A stretch of DNA of 64,000 bases from an uncultured Mycoplasma sp. (GTDB lineage: Bacteria > Bacillota_I > Bacilli_A > RF39 > UBA660), in NCBI GenBank assembly GCA_946554525.1, contig CAMNSE010000001.1:100471-164470 (forward strand), given 5' to 3'. Positions 21,197 through 29,923 of the stretch are shown here, in pieces. Every line of letters begins with the position of its first letter. Position 1 is the first letter of the stretch. The position numbers and the translations under genes are program-made. Below the pieces are notes generated by a model that was not told where the DNA came from, searched no databases, and was given only the letters and a program-made list of their open reading frames with translations.

Positions 21197-21225
21197 ACTA
21201 TATGCGAGAAAAATTTAGAGCATGA
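21197..21225 (-). promoter_or_regulatory. SigE-type promoter
   Basis: TCATGCT-N14-CATATAGT upstream of the ylxY-like gene. Confidence 0.6.
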
Positions 21226-21242
21226 AAAAAAGCTAACATAAG

Positions 21243-21611
21243 TTAGCCAATTTCTTTTTTGATTAATTCCGCTCCTCTTTTGGGGTCCTCGAGTAATATA
21301 TCATATACTAGTTTGTTTTTCTTTATTTCTTGAATTAATGTAATTTCTTCTTTGGTCATGGAAGCATATACAGTATTTCCTCTTCTATCTTTAGTTTCAA
21401 ATAAATAATCTGAGCCTAAAAGATAATCTGCACTTACCCCAAAAACATGCATTAATTCTACTAAAGCCTCTAGCGTGGGATTGCGTAACTCATTTTCATA
21501 ACAACAGATAGCTGACTTTCCTACCCCTATTAAATCACCTAATTCTGTTTGAGTTAATCCTTTATTTTTTCTGACTTCTCTTAGTCTATTTCCTTTAATC
21601 ATAACCATCAC
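21243..21611 (-). CDS. XRE-family HTH regulator
   Basis: LREVRKNKGLTQTELG...YENELRNP...FGVSADYLLG. Confidence 0.9.
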   Translation of the reverse strand: MMVMIKGNRLREVRKNKGLTQTELGDLIGVGKSAICCYENELRNPTLEALVELMHVFGVSADYLLGSDYLFETKDRRGNTVYASMTKEEITLIQEIKKNKLVYDILLEDPKRGAELIKKEIG

Positions 21612-21713
21612 CCTCGCCTCATTAAGAATTATATCGTTTGTTAACCTATAATTGTGAATTTTCCACCTGTGGTAAAAATTTCCAATTTATTATCCAAGAT
21701 ATTTTCTTAAATA

Positions 21714-22046
21714 TCAACTGCTTTTTGCTTGTTGGGATGATATAAAAATAACTTTGTCAGCAACTACTTCCATAACAGTTTTTTTGTTTCCATCTTCAGT
21801 TTCATAATTATGAGTCTGAAGCTTTGCTTTAATTCCAACTACATCTCCTTTATGACAATAATCCTTAGTTGCAGAGGCAACGCCATTCCATAAAACACAA
21901 TTTATAAAATCTGCATCATATATTCCATCACTATTGCGATAGTCTCTAGCAACAGCAACATTAATTGTAGTACGAACTTTCCCTTCACTAATTTCTTTTA
22001 CCTCTGGATCTGCAGTTAATCTACCAACTAAGTTAACGCTATTCAT
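21714..22046 (-). CDS. Short single-stranded DNA-binding protein lacking the acidic tail (SsbB-like)
   Basis: MNSVNLVGRLTADPE, ADFINCVLW and KGDVVG motifs; GGAGG RBS before ATG 22046; no DDDLPF tail. Confidence 0.88.
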   Translation of the reverse strand: MNSVNLVGRLTADPEVKEISEGKVRTTINVAVARDYRNSDGIYDADFINCVLWNGVASATKDYCHKGDVVGIKAKLQTHNYETEDGNKKTVMEVVADKVIFISSQQAKSS

Positions 22047-22205
22047 GTTAAAATCCTCCTTTCCAGGAGGGAATATAGCACATAAAAAATGTATTGTCAA
22101 AACACAAATTTGTTATTTTTTATTGGCAAAAACGTAAAAAATTGCCTAGCAGTTTCATCATTTTTGCATAGGCAATTTTATTAAAATATGTAAAATTTTT
22201 ATTTT

Positions 22206-23501
22206 TTAAAATTCTTTTAATAATCTATTTAATTCAACAGCATATTCCATGGGAAGCTCATGTTTAAAGTCAGAAATAAACCCTAATATTAAAAGTTCTT
22301 TAGCTAAATTTTCACTTAAACCTTTGCTCATTAAATAAAATAATTGTTCTTTATTTACTTTAGATATAGTAGCTTCATGTTCAATGGTTGAAGAACAGTT
22401 TTCTACTATATTATCTGGATATGTATTACTAGCAGATAATTCATCTAATATGATTGTATCACATTTAATTGTGGCCTTGGAATTTGTAGCATTTTTGCCT
22501 ATCTTTGTCGTACCGCGATAATTAGAAGTCCCGCCATTCAAAGAAATTGACTTGCTAACAATATTACTTTTAGTATTCTTTCCTAAATGAATCATTTTGG
22601 CTCCAGCATCTATTATTTGATCTTTATTAGCATAAGCAATCGAAATAGAATTTCCAGTAGAATAATCACCTTTTAAGATGCAAGATGGATATTTCATAGT
22701 AATTCCTGAACCAATATTACCATCAATCCATTCCATAGACCCAGATTCTTCAACTATGGCTCTTTTGGTCACTAAATTATAAACATCTTTACTCCAATTT
22801 TGAATAGTGGAATATTTACATTTTGCATTTTTGCCAACATATATTTCTACAACTCCAGCATGTAAACTCGTTGAGGAATAACTTCTTGCTGTGCATCCTT
22901 CTATATATTCTAAATAAGCATCGTCTTCTACAATAATAATTGTTCTCTCAAACTGTCCTAAACTTTCCGTGTCCATTCTAAAATAACTTTGAAGTGGCCT
23001 ATCTAGCTTGACACCTTTTGGAATATATATAAATGATCCTCCACTCCAAAAAGCACCATTAAGGGCAGTATATTTATTTTCTGCATAATTTACTAAATGA
23101 TTAAAATATTTTTGGAACAACTCAGGATATTTTTGTAAAGCTTCATCAGTACTTGTAAATATTACATCACTATCTTTATCTTTTATATTGTGATATATTA
23201 CTTCACTTTCATATTGATTCGTAACACCATATAAATATTCTTGCTCAGCTTTTACAACCCCAAGGTCACAAAATGTTCCATAGATTTCTTGATCTACTTT
23301 TTTCCAATCATCAGTCATCTTCCCAGCTTTGTCTTTATAATAAGTAATTTTATCAAAGTCTATATTTAACTCCGGTCCAAAGTTAGGATTATCTAATTCA
23401 TTAAACTTCTCTAATGATTTCAATCTAAACTCCAGCATCCAATCTGGCTCGTTTTTCTTTTTTGATAAATCTATTACGTATTTTTTGTCAATCTTTTGCA
23501 T
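22206..23501 (-). CDS. sufB: Fe-S cluster assembly protein SufB
   Basis: GQFERTIII, YIEGCTA, LHAGVVE, TIQNWS, HEAT and LPMEYAVELNRL motifs. Confidence 0.93.
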   Translation of the reverse strand: MQKIDKKYVIDLSKKKNEPDWMLEFRLKSLEKFNELDNPNFGPELNIDFDKITYYKDKAGKMTDDWKKVDQEIYGTFCDLGVVKAEQEYLYGVTNQYESEVIYHNIKDKDSDVIFTSTDEALQKYPELFQKYFNHLVNYAENKYTALNGAFWSGGSFIYIPKGVKLDRPLQSYFRMDTESLGQFERTIIIVEDDAYLEYIEGCTARSYSSTSLHAGVVEIYVGKNAKCKYSTIQNWSKDVYNLVTKRAIVEESGSMEWIDGNIGSGITMKYPSCILKGDYSTGNSISIAYANKDQIIDAGAKMIHLGKNTKSNIVSKSISLNGGTSNYRGTTKIGKNATNSKATIKCDTIILDELSASNTYPDNIVENCSSTIEHEATISKVNKEQLFYLMSKGLSENLAKELLILGFISDFKHELPMEYAVELNRLLKEF

Positions 23502-23607
23502 ATAATTACCCCAAAACCATTATACTACATTTTTTTTTATTTGTTTAGTGTTGTTTTTTTCTTATTTTTTTGATACAATTAAGAAAATAAAGAGAGGATG
23601 GTTGTAC

Positions 23608-23934
23608 ATGTATCAAGATGATGATTTAGCAAAAAGCAGAATTATTAATGTTAATGATTTTATTTTTCGTCAAAATTTAGAATTTTATCCTAATTTACGA
23701 GGTCTGTCTTGCGAAGATAATGTGCTAACTTTAAGAGAAAATGGAGAATATAAAGATAGTGAAATTCTTACATTTGACTTACGTACTCTTCCTGGTGAAG
23801 CTTGGCTAAGTAATCCTCTAGATTTTATGGAAACAGTAAAAATAAATAAGAAATGTCAAAATTTGTATGATTTTTTAGACACTATGAATAAATATGGCAA
23901 TGCTCCATTATATTCAAACGAAAGTGAGGCATAA
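23608..23934 (+). CDS. Hypothetical protein
   Basis: GAGGATGG RBS before ATG 23608. Confidence 0.65.
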   Translation: MYQDDDLAKSRIINVNDFIFRQNLEFYPNLRGLSCEDNVLTLRENGEYKDSEILTFDLRTLPGEAWLSNPLDFMETVKINKKCQNLYDFLDTMNKYGNAPLYSNESEA

Positions 23935-23937
23935 AAC

Positions 23938-24309
23938 ATGAATGAAGAAGTAGAGCATAAACTTGATGTTGGGATGGATTTATACTTTGAAATGAAAGGA
24001 AATGAATCTCGTTTAAATGAGCCTAACAAAATCTTAATGGCCCAAGTTGAAAGTGTAATGGCCTCACTAAATAATGGTGAAGTTAAAAACTATATTGATG
24101 GTAGATTGGAAAAATATGATCAAGATCATAATATTGGATATAATAACACTGCTAATTTACCAATAATTAGAGAAAATTATCCTCTAGTTAAAACGAGAAC
24201 AAAACCTGAACCAAAAACAGTGAATAGAGCGGGATTTATTAACGCAGCTATCTTATTATATGGAATAATCAATATTGGAATTATTTTAGCAATAGCGCTT
24301 ATGAAGTAG
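23938..24309 (+). CDS. Tail-anchored hypothetical protein
   Basis: GAGG RBS; C-terminal RAGFIN followed by a TM helix. Confidence 0.7.
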   Translation: MNEEVEHKLDVGMDLYFEMKGNESRLNEPNKILMAQVESVMASLNNGEVKNYIDGRLEKYDQDHNIGYNNTANLPIIRENYPLVKTRTKPEPKTVNRAGFINAAILLYGIINIGIILAIALMK

Positions 24310-24355
24310 AAATGCTTCATTTTTTTTATAATATATGATATAATAAATATCACTT

Positions 24356-24725
24356 GGGGTAGTAATGGTTTCGACATATATCACTAAGTAAGATTGCAAG
24401 TGGGAGAGACACCTTACGTCTACAATTAAAATTAAATGACAAGAATGAAAGTTCTTTTGCTGGTAATGCTTTTGCATTTGCCTAATTAATAATATAGGAT
24501 ACAGCAAGCTTCTTTAATATTTTGCTTATAGGATATTTTAGAGGTTCATATATATAAGATATATTTTTTACTAGTCTTGGGTAAAAAATGAAATTTAACA
24601 AGGCTTTGATTTATTATAGGTTGGTCTTGAGCCGGTAATAAATTAAGTAGGAAATCAAGCTAAACTTGTAGATATTTTACCATAGAATATATTGGACAGG
24701 AGTTCAACTCTCCTCTACTCCACCA
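24356..24725 (+). ncRNA. ssrA: tmRNA; tag (A)DKNESSFAGNAFAFA at 24438..24485
   Basis: 5' GGGGTAG pairs with 3' CTACTCC-ACCA including G3.U70; GGTTTCGAC near the 5' end; T-arm AGGAG-TTCAACT-CTCCT; internal tag ORF; 370 nt. Confidence 0.95.
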
Positions 24726-24782
24726 AATTAGAGTTAAACAAACAAATTAGTTTGTTTTTATAAATTTTATAGGTGTTGCTTT

Positions 24783-25436
24783 ATGATAAAAAGATTAATA
24801 TTTGATGTAGATGGGACATTAATAACTGGTGTCAATTTTATTAAACCAATAGAAGAAACTTTAAAAAAATTAAATATATATAACGAAAATAATATAAAGT
24901 CTTTTTTAAAAGCCATTTCAACTTATGAAAAATATTATGATAATTACAATAAAAAGGACTATATTAAGTATTTTGAAAATAGTTTAGGAACAAAATTAGA
25001 TGATAAGTTCCTTAATATATTTTTTGAAGAATTAAGAAACTGTGTACCATTGAACACAAAAAGATTAGAGAAAACTATTGAAGTTTTAGCTAATAAATAT
25101 GAGTTAGTTCTTTTAACAAATTATTTTAAAGAATCTCAATTAAATAGGCTTAATACTATAGGAATTAGTCATTTATTTCTAGATTGCTTTGGAGAACAAT
25201 TAATTAAACCAAATAACGAAATTTATTTAATGGCCTGTGGTTCACATGAGCCTAACGAATGCGTAATGATCGGTGATGATTTATGCTTAGACATTATGAA
25301 AGCAAAAGAGAATGGTCTTAATACTATTTTTGTTAACTCTAAGAACCAAAAGGTAAATATGTTAGATTTGTGCGTTGTTAATAAGGTTGAAGATATATCT
25401 TGTGAATTAATTGAATCAATTTTACTAAATGAATAA
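24783..25436 (+). CDS. HAD-superfamily hydrolase
   Basis: FDVDGTL, LLTN, KP and MIGDDLCLDI motifs. Confidence 0.92.
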   Translation: MIKRLIFDVDGTLITGVNFIKPIEETLKKLNIYNENNIKSFLKAISTYEKYYDNYNKKDYIKYFENSLGTKLDDKFLNIFFEELRNCVPLNTKRLEKTIEVLANKYELVLLTNYFKESQLNRLNTIGISHLFLDCFGEQLIKPNNEIYLMACGSHEPNECVMIGDDLCLDIMKAKENGLNTIFVNSKNQKVNMLDLCVVNKVEDISCELIESILLNE

Positions 25437-25584
25437 TTACTTATATGAACTAAAGTTAATATAAATTAACATCTAAATACGAAATAGTTTTTTCCTTCAA
25501 CAGATCTCTTAAATTTCTATTTAAGAGATTTTTTTAATATTATTTAAGCAATGACAATTAAAAAGCAGATATTTTTATATCTAC

Positions 25585-26109
25585 TTACCTTTTAATATCC
25601 TGATCTTCTGAGTCTAGAATTGCTCTTTTTGTTAAAATACTATTTTCTATAGGTTTGAACCCTTCGGCTTGTAGACTACTAATATTTTTTTCAGAATATT
25701 TTTCTACACCAATATTCATAACCATTTCTTTACCTGTTTGCATATTTACATAATAAATATACTTTGTTATACTAATAACTCCATCAATTATAGTGTGAGC
25801 ATCATAAACTTTTTCTAATATTTTATGTTGCTTTGATAATAATATCATTTTTATTGTTAATAATGGATTTTTACTTGTTACATCCCAAATATTATTTGAA
25901 AATAAGTTAATTCCTAAATAATTCCATCCTCTTAGTAATGCTATAGCATTTTCTAAATTTTCATAATATTCACTTTTTTTAAATTCATGAACATATCGTC
26001 TTTCTTTTCCTTCAATTTCTATTCTTGTTTCATAAATATCTACTCTTATTTGACCATTTTCATCCAAAACAATATCATATGTTGAATAAACACAATCCGG
26101 ATTTATCAT
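25585..26109 (-). CDS. Hypothetical protein (ORFan)
   Basis: GAGGTGG RBS before ATG 26109; the longer upstream extension in the ORF track overlaps the divergent gene. Confidence 0.6.
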   Translation of the reverse strand: MINPDCVYSTYDIVLDENGQIRVDIYETRIEIEGKERRYVHEFKKSEYYENLENAIALLRGWNYLGINLFSNNIWDVTSKNPLLTIKMILLSKQHKILEKVYDAHTIIDGVISITKYIYYVNMQTGKEMVMNIGVEKYSEKNISSLQAEGFKPIENSILTKRAILDSEDQDIKR

Positions 26110-26178
26110 AAATTCCACCTCTTGAGGAAGTATTATAACATACTTTTGGGAAATAATAAAGAGTAAGGAGGATTTTTT

Positions 26179-26382
26179 ATGAAGAAACCTAATTGTAATA
26201 AATGTGCTGAAGCTACAAAACAAGGCAAAGCTTATATTGATTCTAATACTGGGCTTTTATGTGTTGAGCTAGTTGAAAAATATGAAAAGCCTGAAGGTTT
26301 AAAAGTTTTAGTACCATTTATATGTACAAACTGTGGCACTACAGAATGGAAAACAGTCGATTCTTTAGAAGATGAAAAATAG
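26179..26382 (+). CDS. Small Zn-finger protein
   Basis: CNKC...CTNCG; AAGGAGG RBS. Confidence 0.7.
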   Translation: MKKPNCNKCAEATKQGKAYIDSNTGLLCVELVEKYEKPEGLKVLVPFICTNCGTTEWKTVDSLEDEK

Positions 26383-26402
26383 AAGGTTTAAATTCAAGCC
26401 TT

Positions 26403-27020
26403 CTATTTTTTTCTTGTAATATTTACTAATTCATTTTTATCAAAATCTAATTTAAATATTGAAATTCCATTCCAAGCACCATCAATAATCGCTTCATCTT
26501 TATAATTTAAAATAAGTCTATTATCTAGATTAAATCCTTTTTCACACCAATTACTAAGTAAACAAGTTATAGCTACATTATGAGTAAATAGTGCTACTGT
26601 TTTATCTTCATCTATTTTTAATACCTTATTTAGGAAGTTAACCATTCTTCTTTTAACGTCATTAAGAGATTCTCCACCAGATAAACGATAGTTAAAATCA
26701 CTTTCTTGAATTTCTTGTAATATTCTAATAGATTGCTCTCCTAAAGTCCCTAATATTCTTTCTCCTAATTCCTCACTTACATTAATCTCAAGTTCTAAAT
26801 TATTTGCTAAATATTTAGCTGTTGCAATACTCATAACATAAGATGAAGTATAAATCTTATTTACTGCTAATAAATCAGAGTTTTCTATTAATTTTTTACT
26901 TTCTTCTTCACCTTCGATGCTTAAAACTCTTTTTTCTCTTTTAATTTTTAATGATTCTTTTTCAGGATAATTAATATTATTTAATGTTAAACTATTATTT
27001 ATTAAATAAACAGTTGTCAT
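26403..27020 (-). CDS. Histidine-phosphatase-fold protein, degenerate (no RHG)
   Basis: IYTSS...ATA, LGER, GGES and FTH motifs; ATGA coupling to the upstream gene at 27017-27020. Confidence 0.75.
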   Translation of the reverse strand: MTTVYLINNSLTLNNINYPEKESLKIKREKRVLSIEGEEESKKLIENSDLLAVNKIYTSSYVMSIATAKYLANNLELEINVSEELGERILGTLGEQSIRILQEIQESDFNYRLSGGESLNDVKRRMVNFLNKVLKIDEDKTVALFTHNVAITCLLSNWCEKGFNLDNRLILNYKDEAIIDGAWNGISIFKLDFDKNELVNITRKK

Positions 27021-27535
27021 CTTAGTATTCCTCCTAAAATGCCATATGAAAATATTAACATAATAATTCCAGCCATGATAACACCCAAAATTGCTGCTAA
27101 GCAAGACTTTTTCTTATCCATTCCAAGTAAAGCTGCAATTAAGCATCCTGTCCAAGCACCAGTCCCTGGAAGCGGAATTCCTACAAACAAAACTAATCCT
27201 AGATATTTTAATCTTTCAATTTGATCTTTTTTAGAATTGGCTTTCTTTTCAATTTTTTCAACTAATTTTCCAAGTTTACCTTTTTTCTTTTTTAAATAAT
27301 CAAATATTGAAGTAATGAACCATAGAATAAATGGAATTGGAAGTATGTTCCCTATAAAACATACAATAAAACTTTGAATCATTGGAGCATCCATTAAACT
27401 TGCAGCAATTAAACCGCCTCTAAGTTCTAAAATAGGCATTAATGAAATAATAAACATTACTAAATATTTACCCCACCATACACTAGAAATTCCTCCAAAT
27501 AATCCAATAAATACTTTTGCTAACTTTTCTGCCAT
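27017..27535 (-). CDS. Putative small multidrug export protein (COG2426)
   Basis: SLMPILELRGGL, GNILPIP and LFVGIPLPGTGAWTG motifs. Confidence 0.9.
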   Translation of the reverse strand: MAEKLAKVFIGLFGGISSVWWGKYLVMFIISLMPILELRGGLIAASLMDAPMIQSFIVCFIGNILPIPFILWFITSIFDYLKKKKGKLGKLVEKIEKKANSKKDQIERLKYLGLVLFVGIPLPGTGAWTGCLIAALLGMDKKKSCLAAILGVIMAGIIMLIFSYGILGGILR

Positions 27536-27596
27536 ATTATCTTACCTCTATTTAATTATACGAAAAAACGCAAATAATTTCAAGTTTTGTTTAATT

Positions 27597-28208
27597 TTAT
27601 TTACGTTCTCTTATAATTGGCTTTACTATTTCTACTACTTTAATTAACTTATATGAAAATTCACGCTCAATACTTTCTTTTGGAAGTCCATCATATAATC
27701 TAACAACACCATCGTATCCTATTCTCTCAGACCAAGTGCCATCACTATTCTCTCTTAAAAAATGAAAATCGACATCTCCATATTTAATTCTTTTACCAAA
27801 ATAAATAGCAATTTTATATCCTCCATGAGTATTTTCTCTTTCTATGGAAGAATTGAATACACTTATTCCAAGAATCTCACAATCAAAATAAAATCTTTCA
27901 AGTAATTCATTAATATCTTTAGATTCAGTATTATACCCACTTGCAAAACCTACATTTATATCTGGCGATGAAAAAAATTCATAAGCACCATATAAATCTA
28001 GGGCATATGTATAACAATTTCCTACAATATTGTTATAATCCCCGTTAAATATTGGATGATTTGTTCCTAATTTAATTGCTAGTTTGACATACTCTAGATA
28101 TGAAGACTGTATGTCTCTTTGACTGTTTTTTAAATTCTCATGTATTTTAAGAATGCTTTCATATATTCTTAAAAGCTCCCTATTCTTTTTTATTTCTTCT
28201 AAAGTCAT
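27597..28208 (-). CDS. Hypothetical protein with possible papain-like Cys/His catalytic motifs
   Basis: NCYTYAL ... DFHFLRENSDGTWS. Confidence 0.55.
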   Translation of the reverse strand: MTLEEIKKNRELLRIYESILKIHENLKNSQRDIQSSYLEYVKLAIKLGTNHPIFNGDYNNIVGNCYTYALDLYGAYEFFSSPDINVGFASGYNTESKDINELLERFYFDCEILGISVFNSSIERENTHGGYKIAIYFGKRIKYGDVDFHFLRENSDGTWSERIGYDGVVRLYDGLPKESIEREFSYKLIKVVEIVKPIIRERK

Positions 28209-28314
28209 AAATCCCCCATAAATTGTTATTATTTTAACATATTTTTAATTTTTTCGCAAATAGCATTTACAAATAAGAAAAAGAGCTTTATACTTCTTTT
28301 TAGGAAGTGATGCT

Positions 28315-28824
28315 ATGCTAAATGTAGTTTTATTTGAACCAGAAATTCCAGGAAATACTGGTAATATTATGAGAACATGCGTTGCTAGTAATACACGCCT
28401 TCATTTAATTAAACCTTTAGGATTCTCACTAGATGAAAAATATATTAAAAGAAGCGGTGTTAATTACATTGATAAATGTGAGTATTTTGTTTACGAAAAT
28501 ATTGAAGAGTTTTTTTCAAAAAATAAAGGAGAATATTTCTTTTTTACGAGGTACGGACATATGCCTCATTCTACACCTAACTATAGTAAAATAAAAGACA
28601 ATATCTATCTTATATTTGGCAAAGAATCTACTGGTATACCTAGAGAAATATTAAAACCATTTATTGATAGATGTTATCGTATTCCTATGACTGAAAACGT
28701 ACGTGCACTAAATTTGTCTAATAGTGTTGCTATTGCAGTCTATGAAGTATTAAGGCAAAAAAATTATGCTGGGCTTTTATTTGACGAACCTCATAAAAGC
28801 AAAACGTTTATAGAAGAAGCTTAA
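28315..28824 (+). CDS. trmL: tRNA (cytidine/uridine-34-2'-O)-methyltransferase
   Basis: PEIPGNTGNIMRTC, FGKESTG and RIPM...RALNLSNS motifs. Confidence 0.93.
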   Translation: MLNVVLFEPEIPGNTGNIMRTCVASNTRLHLIKPLGFSLDEKYIKRSGVNYIDKCEYFVYENIEEFFSKNKGEYFFFTRYGHMPHSTPNYSKIKDNIYLIFGKESTGIPREILKPFIDRCYRIPMTENVRALNLSNSVAIAVYEVLRQKNYAGLLFDEPHKSKTFIEEA

Positions 28825-28844
28825 ATTTCATTTTAAAAAAGGCT

Positions 28845-29570
28845 TTAGCAGCCTTTTATCTCTTCACATGTACTATCTTTTGTAGCACCAAATATTTTAT
28901 CATATTCTTCTTGAAGCTCTTTTTTTTCAATTTTTGTTAATCCTTCATAAGGATCTGTTTGACTTGGAACTGTAGCCTCATGAAAGCCTACAATATTTCC
29001 ATCTTTTACTCCTACAACAGTTGGAGCATATAATCTTTTTTCATTAGTATCTTTATCTTCTATAGTATACTCTCTTAAATATTCATCTAAAATTTCTAAT
29101 ATCTTATTATAAGACTCACTACCTTTTTGAATTAAATCTAATTCGCCATTTTTTATTTGATATTTAGAGCGAATATCTTTAATATTAACGTAGTAAATGC
29201 GATTTACATTGTTCTCCTTAGCACTATTTATTAAAGTTTCAATTACACTACGGCACCAAGGACATGAATTAAAACCAAAGTATATAACTCCTGTTCCATT
29301 TTCTAAAATATCTACAATTTCACTATCGGTCTTATATACCATAGGATTTTTTTTATCAATTGAAACAGTTAAGTACTTTTTATCAGACGAAGTTACCTCT
29401 CCATTTAAATCTTCATATTCTTTTTTAAATTTCATTGCATCCGTTATATTAGTGCTTTCATCAATATTTTTATAATCCTTATAATACTTTACACTTATTC
29501 CTAATATAAGAGCTATACCTAAAATTATACTAATTAATCTTTTCTTTTCTACTAGTTTATCCAAAATCAA
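28845..29570 (-). CDS. Membrane-anchored thioredoxin-fold protein
   Basis: N-terminal TM, CPWC motif and a cis-Pro-like YAPTVV. Confidence 0.8.
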   Translation of the reverse strand: MILDKLVEKKRLISIILGIALILGISVKYYKDYKNIDESTNITDAMKFKKEYEDLNGEVTSSDKKYLTVSIDKKNPMVYKTDSEIVDILENGTGVIYFGFNSCPWCRSVIETLINSAKENNVNRIYYVNIKDIRSKYQIKNGELDLIQKGSESYNKILEILDEYLREYTIEDKDTNEKRLYAPTVVGVKDGNIVGFHEATVPSQTDPYEGLTKIEKKELQEEYDKIFGATKDSTCEEIKGC

Positions 29571-29607
29571 TCACCTAATAATATTGTACCTTATAAAATA
29601 TAAATTA

Positions 29608-29748
29608 TCAACTAAAAAAGCCAAGATATATTGCTACTACTGTCAGAACAAATAAAATTATTAATTGTGCAATAATTATTTTTGTGTCAAAATTATTTTC
29701 TTTTTTTAATCGTAGAATTTCTGCATTTATTCTTTCTTTTTCTTCCAT
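29608..29748 (-). CDS. Unannotated 46-aa tail-anchored protein MEEKERINAEILRLKKENNFDTKIIIAQLIILFVLTVVAIYLGFFS
   Basis: Translated by hand; GAGGAAG RBS. Confidence 0.55.
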   Translation of the reverse strand: MEEKERINAEILRLKKENNFDTKIIIAQLIILFVLTVVAIYLGFFS

Positions 29749-29923
29749 GATTTTCTTCCTCTCATTTTTATTATAAAATAGATTTATTATTTTATGGGAT
29801 TTTTTTATATATTAAATGTTAACTTACTGTAAAGCCATATTTTTACTGGACAAGTATTAAAAAAAATAGTATAATTAATAACAGTTAAACAACTTTATTT
29901 TTATTTTTGAAAGGGAGATTTTA

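Noticed and set aside
21657-21680. Imperfect palindrome upstream of the XRE gene
   Set aside because: Single, imperfect, in AT-rich DNA; it could be an operator or terminator but the sequence alone does not support a call.
23608-24309. Two in-frame ORFs separated by one TAA (readthrough or nonsense mutation)
   Set aside because: The second ORF has its own GAGG RBS at normal spacing, so two genes is the simpler reading.
24695-24725. Apparent tRNA 3' half (T-arm plus CCA)
   Set aside because: It is the 3' end of tmRNA and pairs with 24356-24362; there is no anticodon arm.
24726-28300. Possible island integrated at ssrA
   Set aside because: No integrase nearby, and I saw no duplicated ssrA 3' end.
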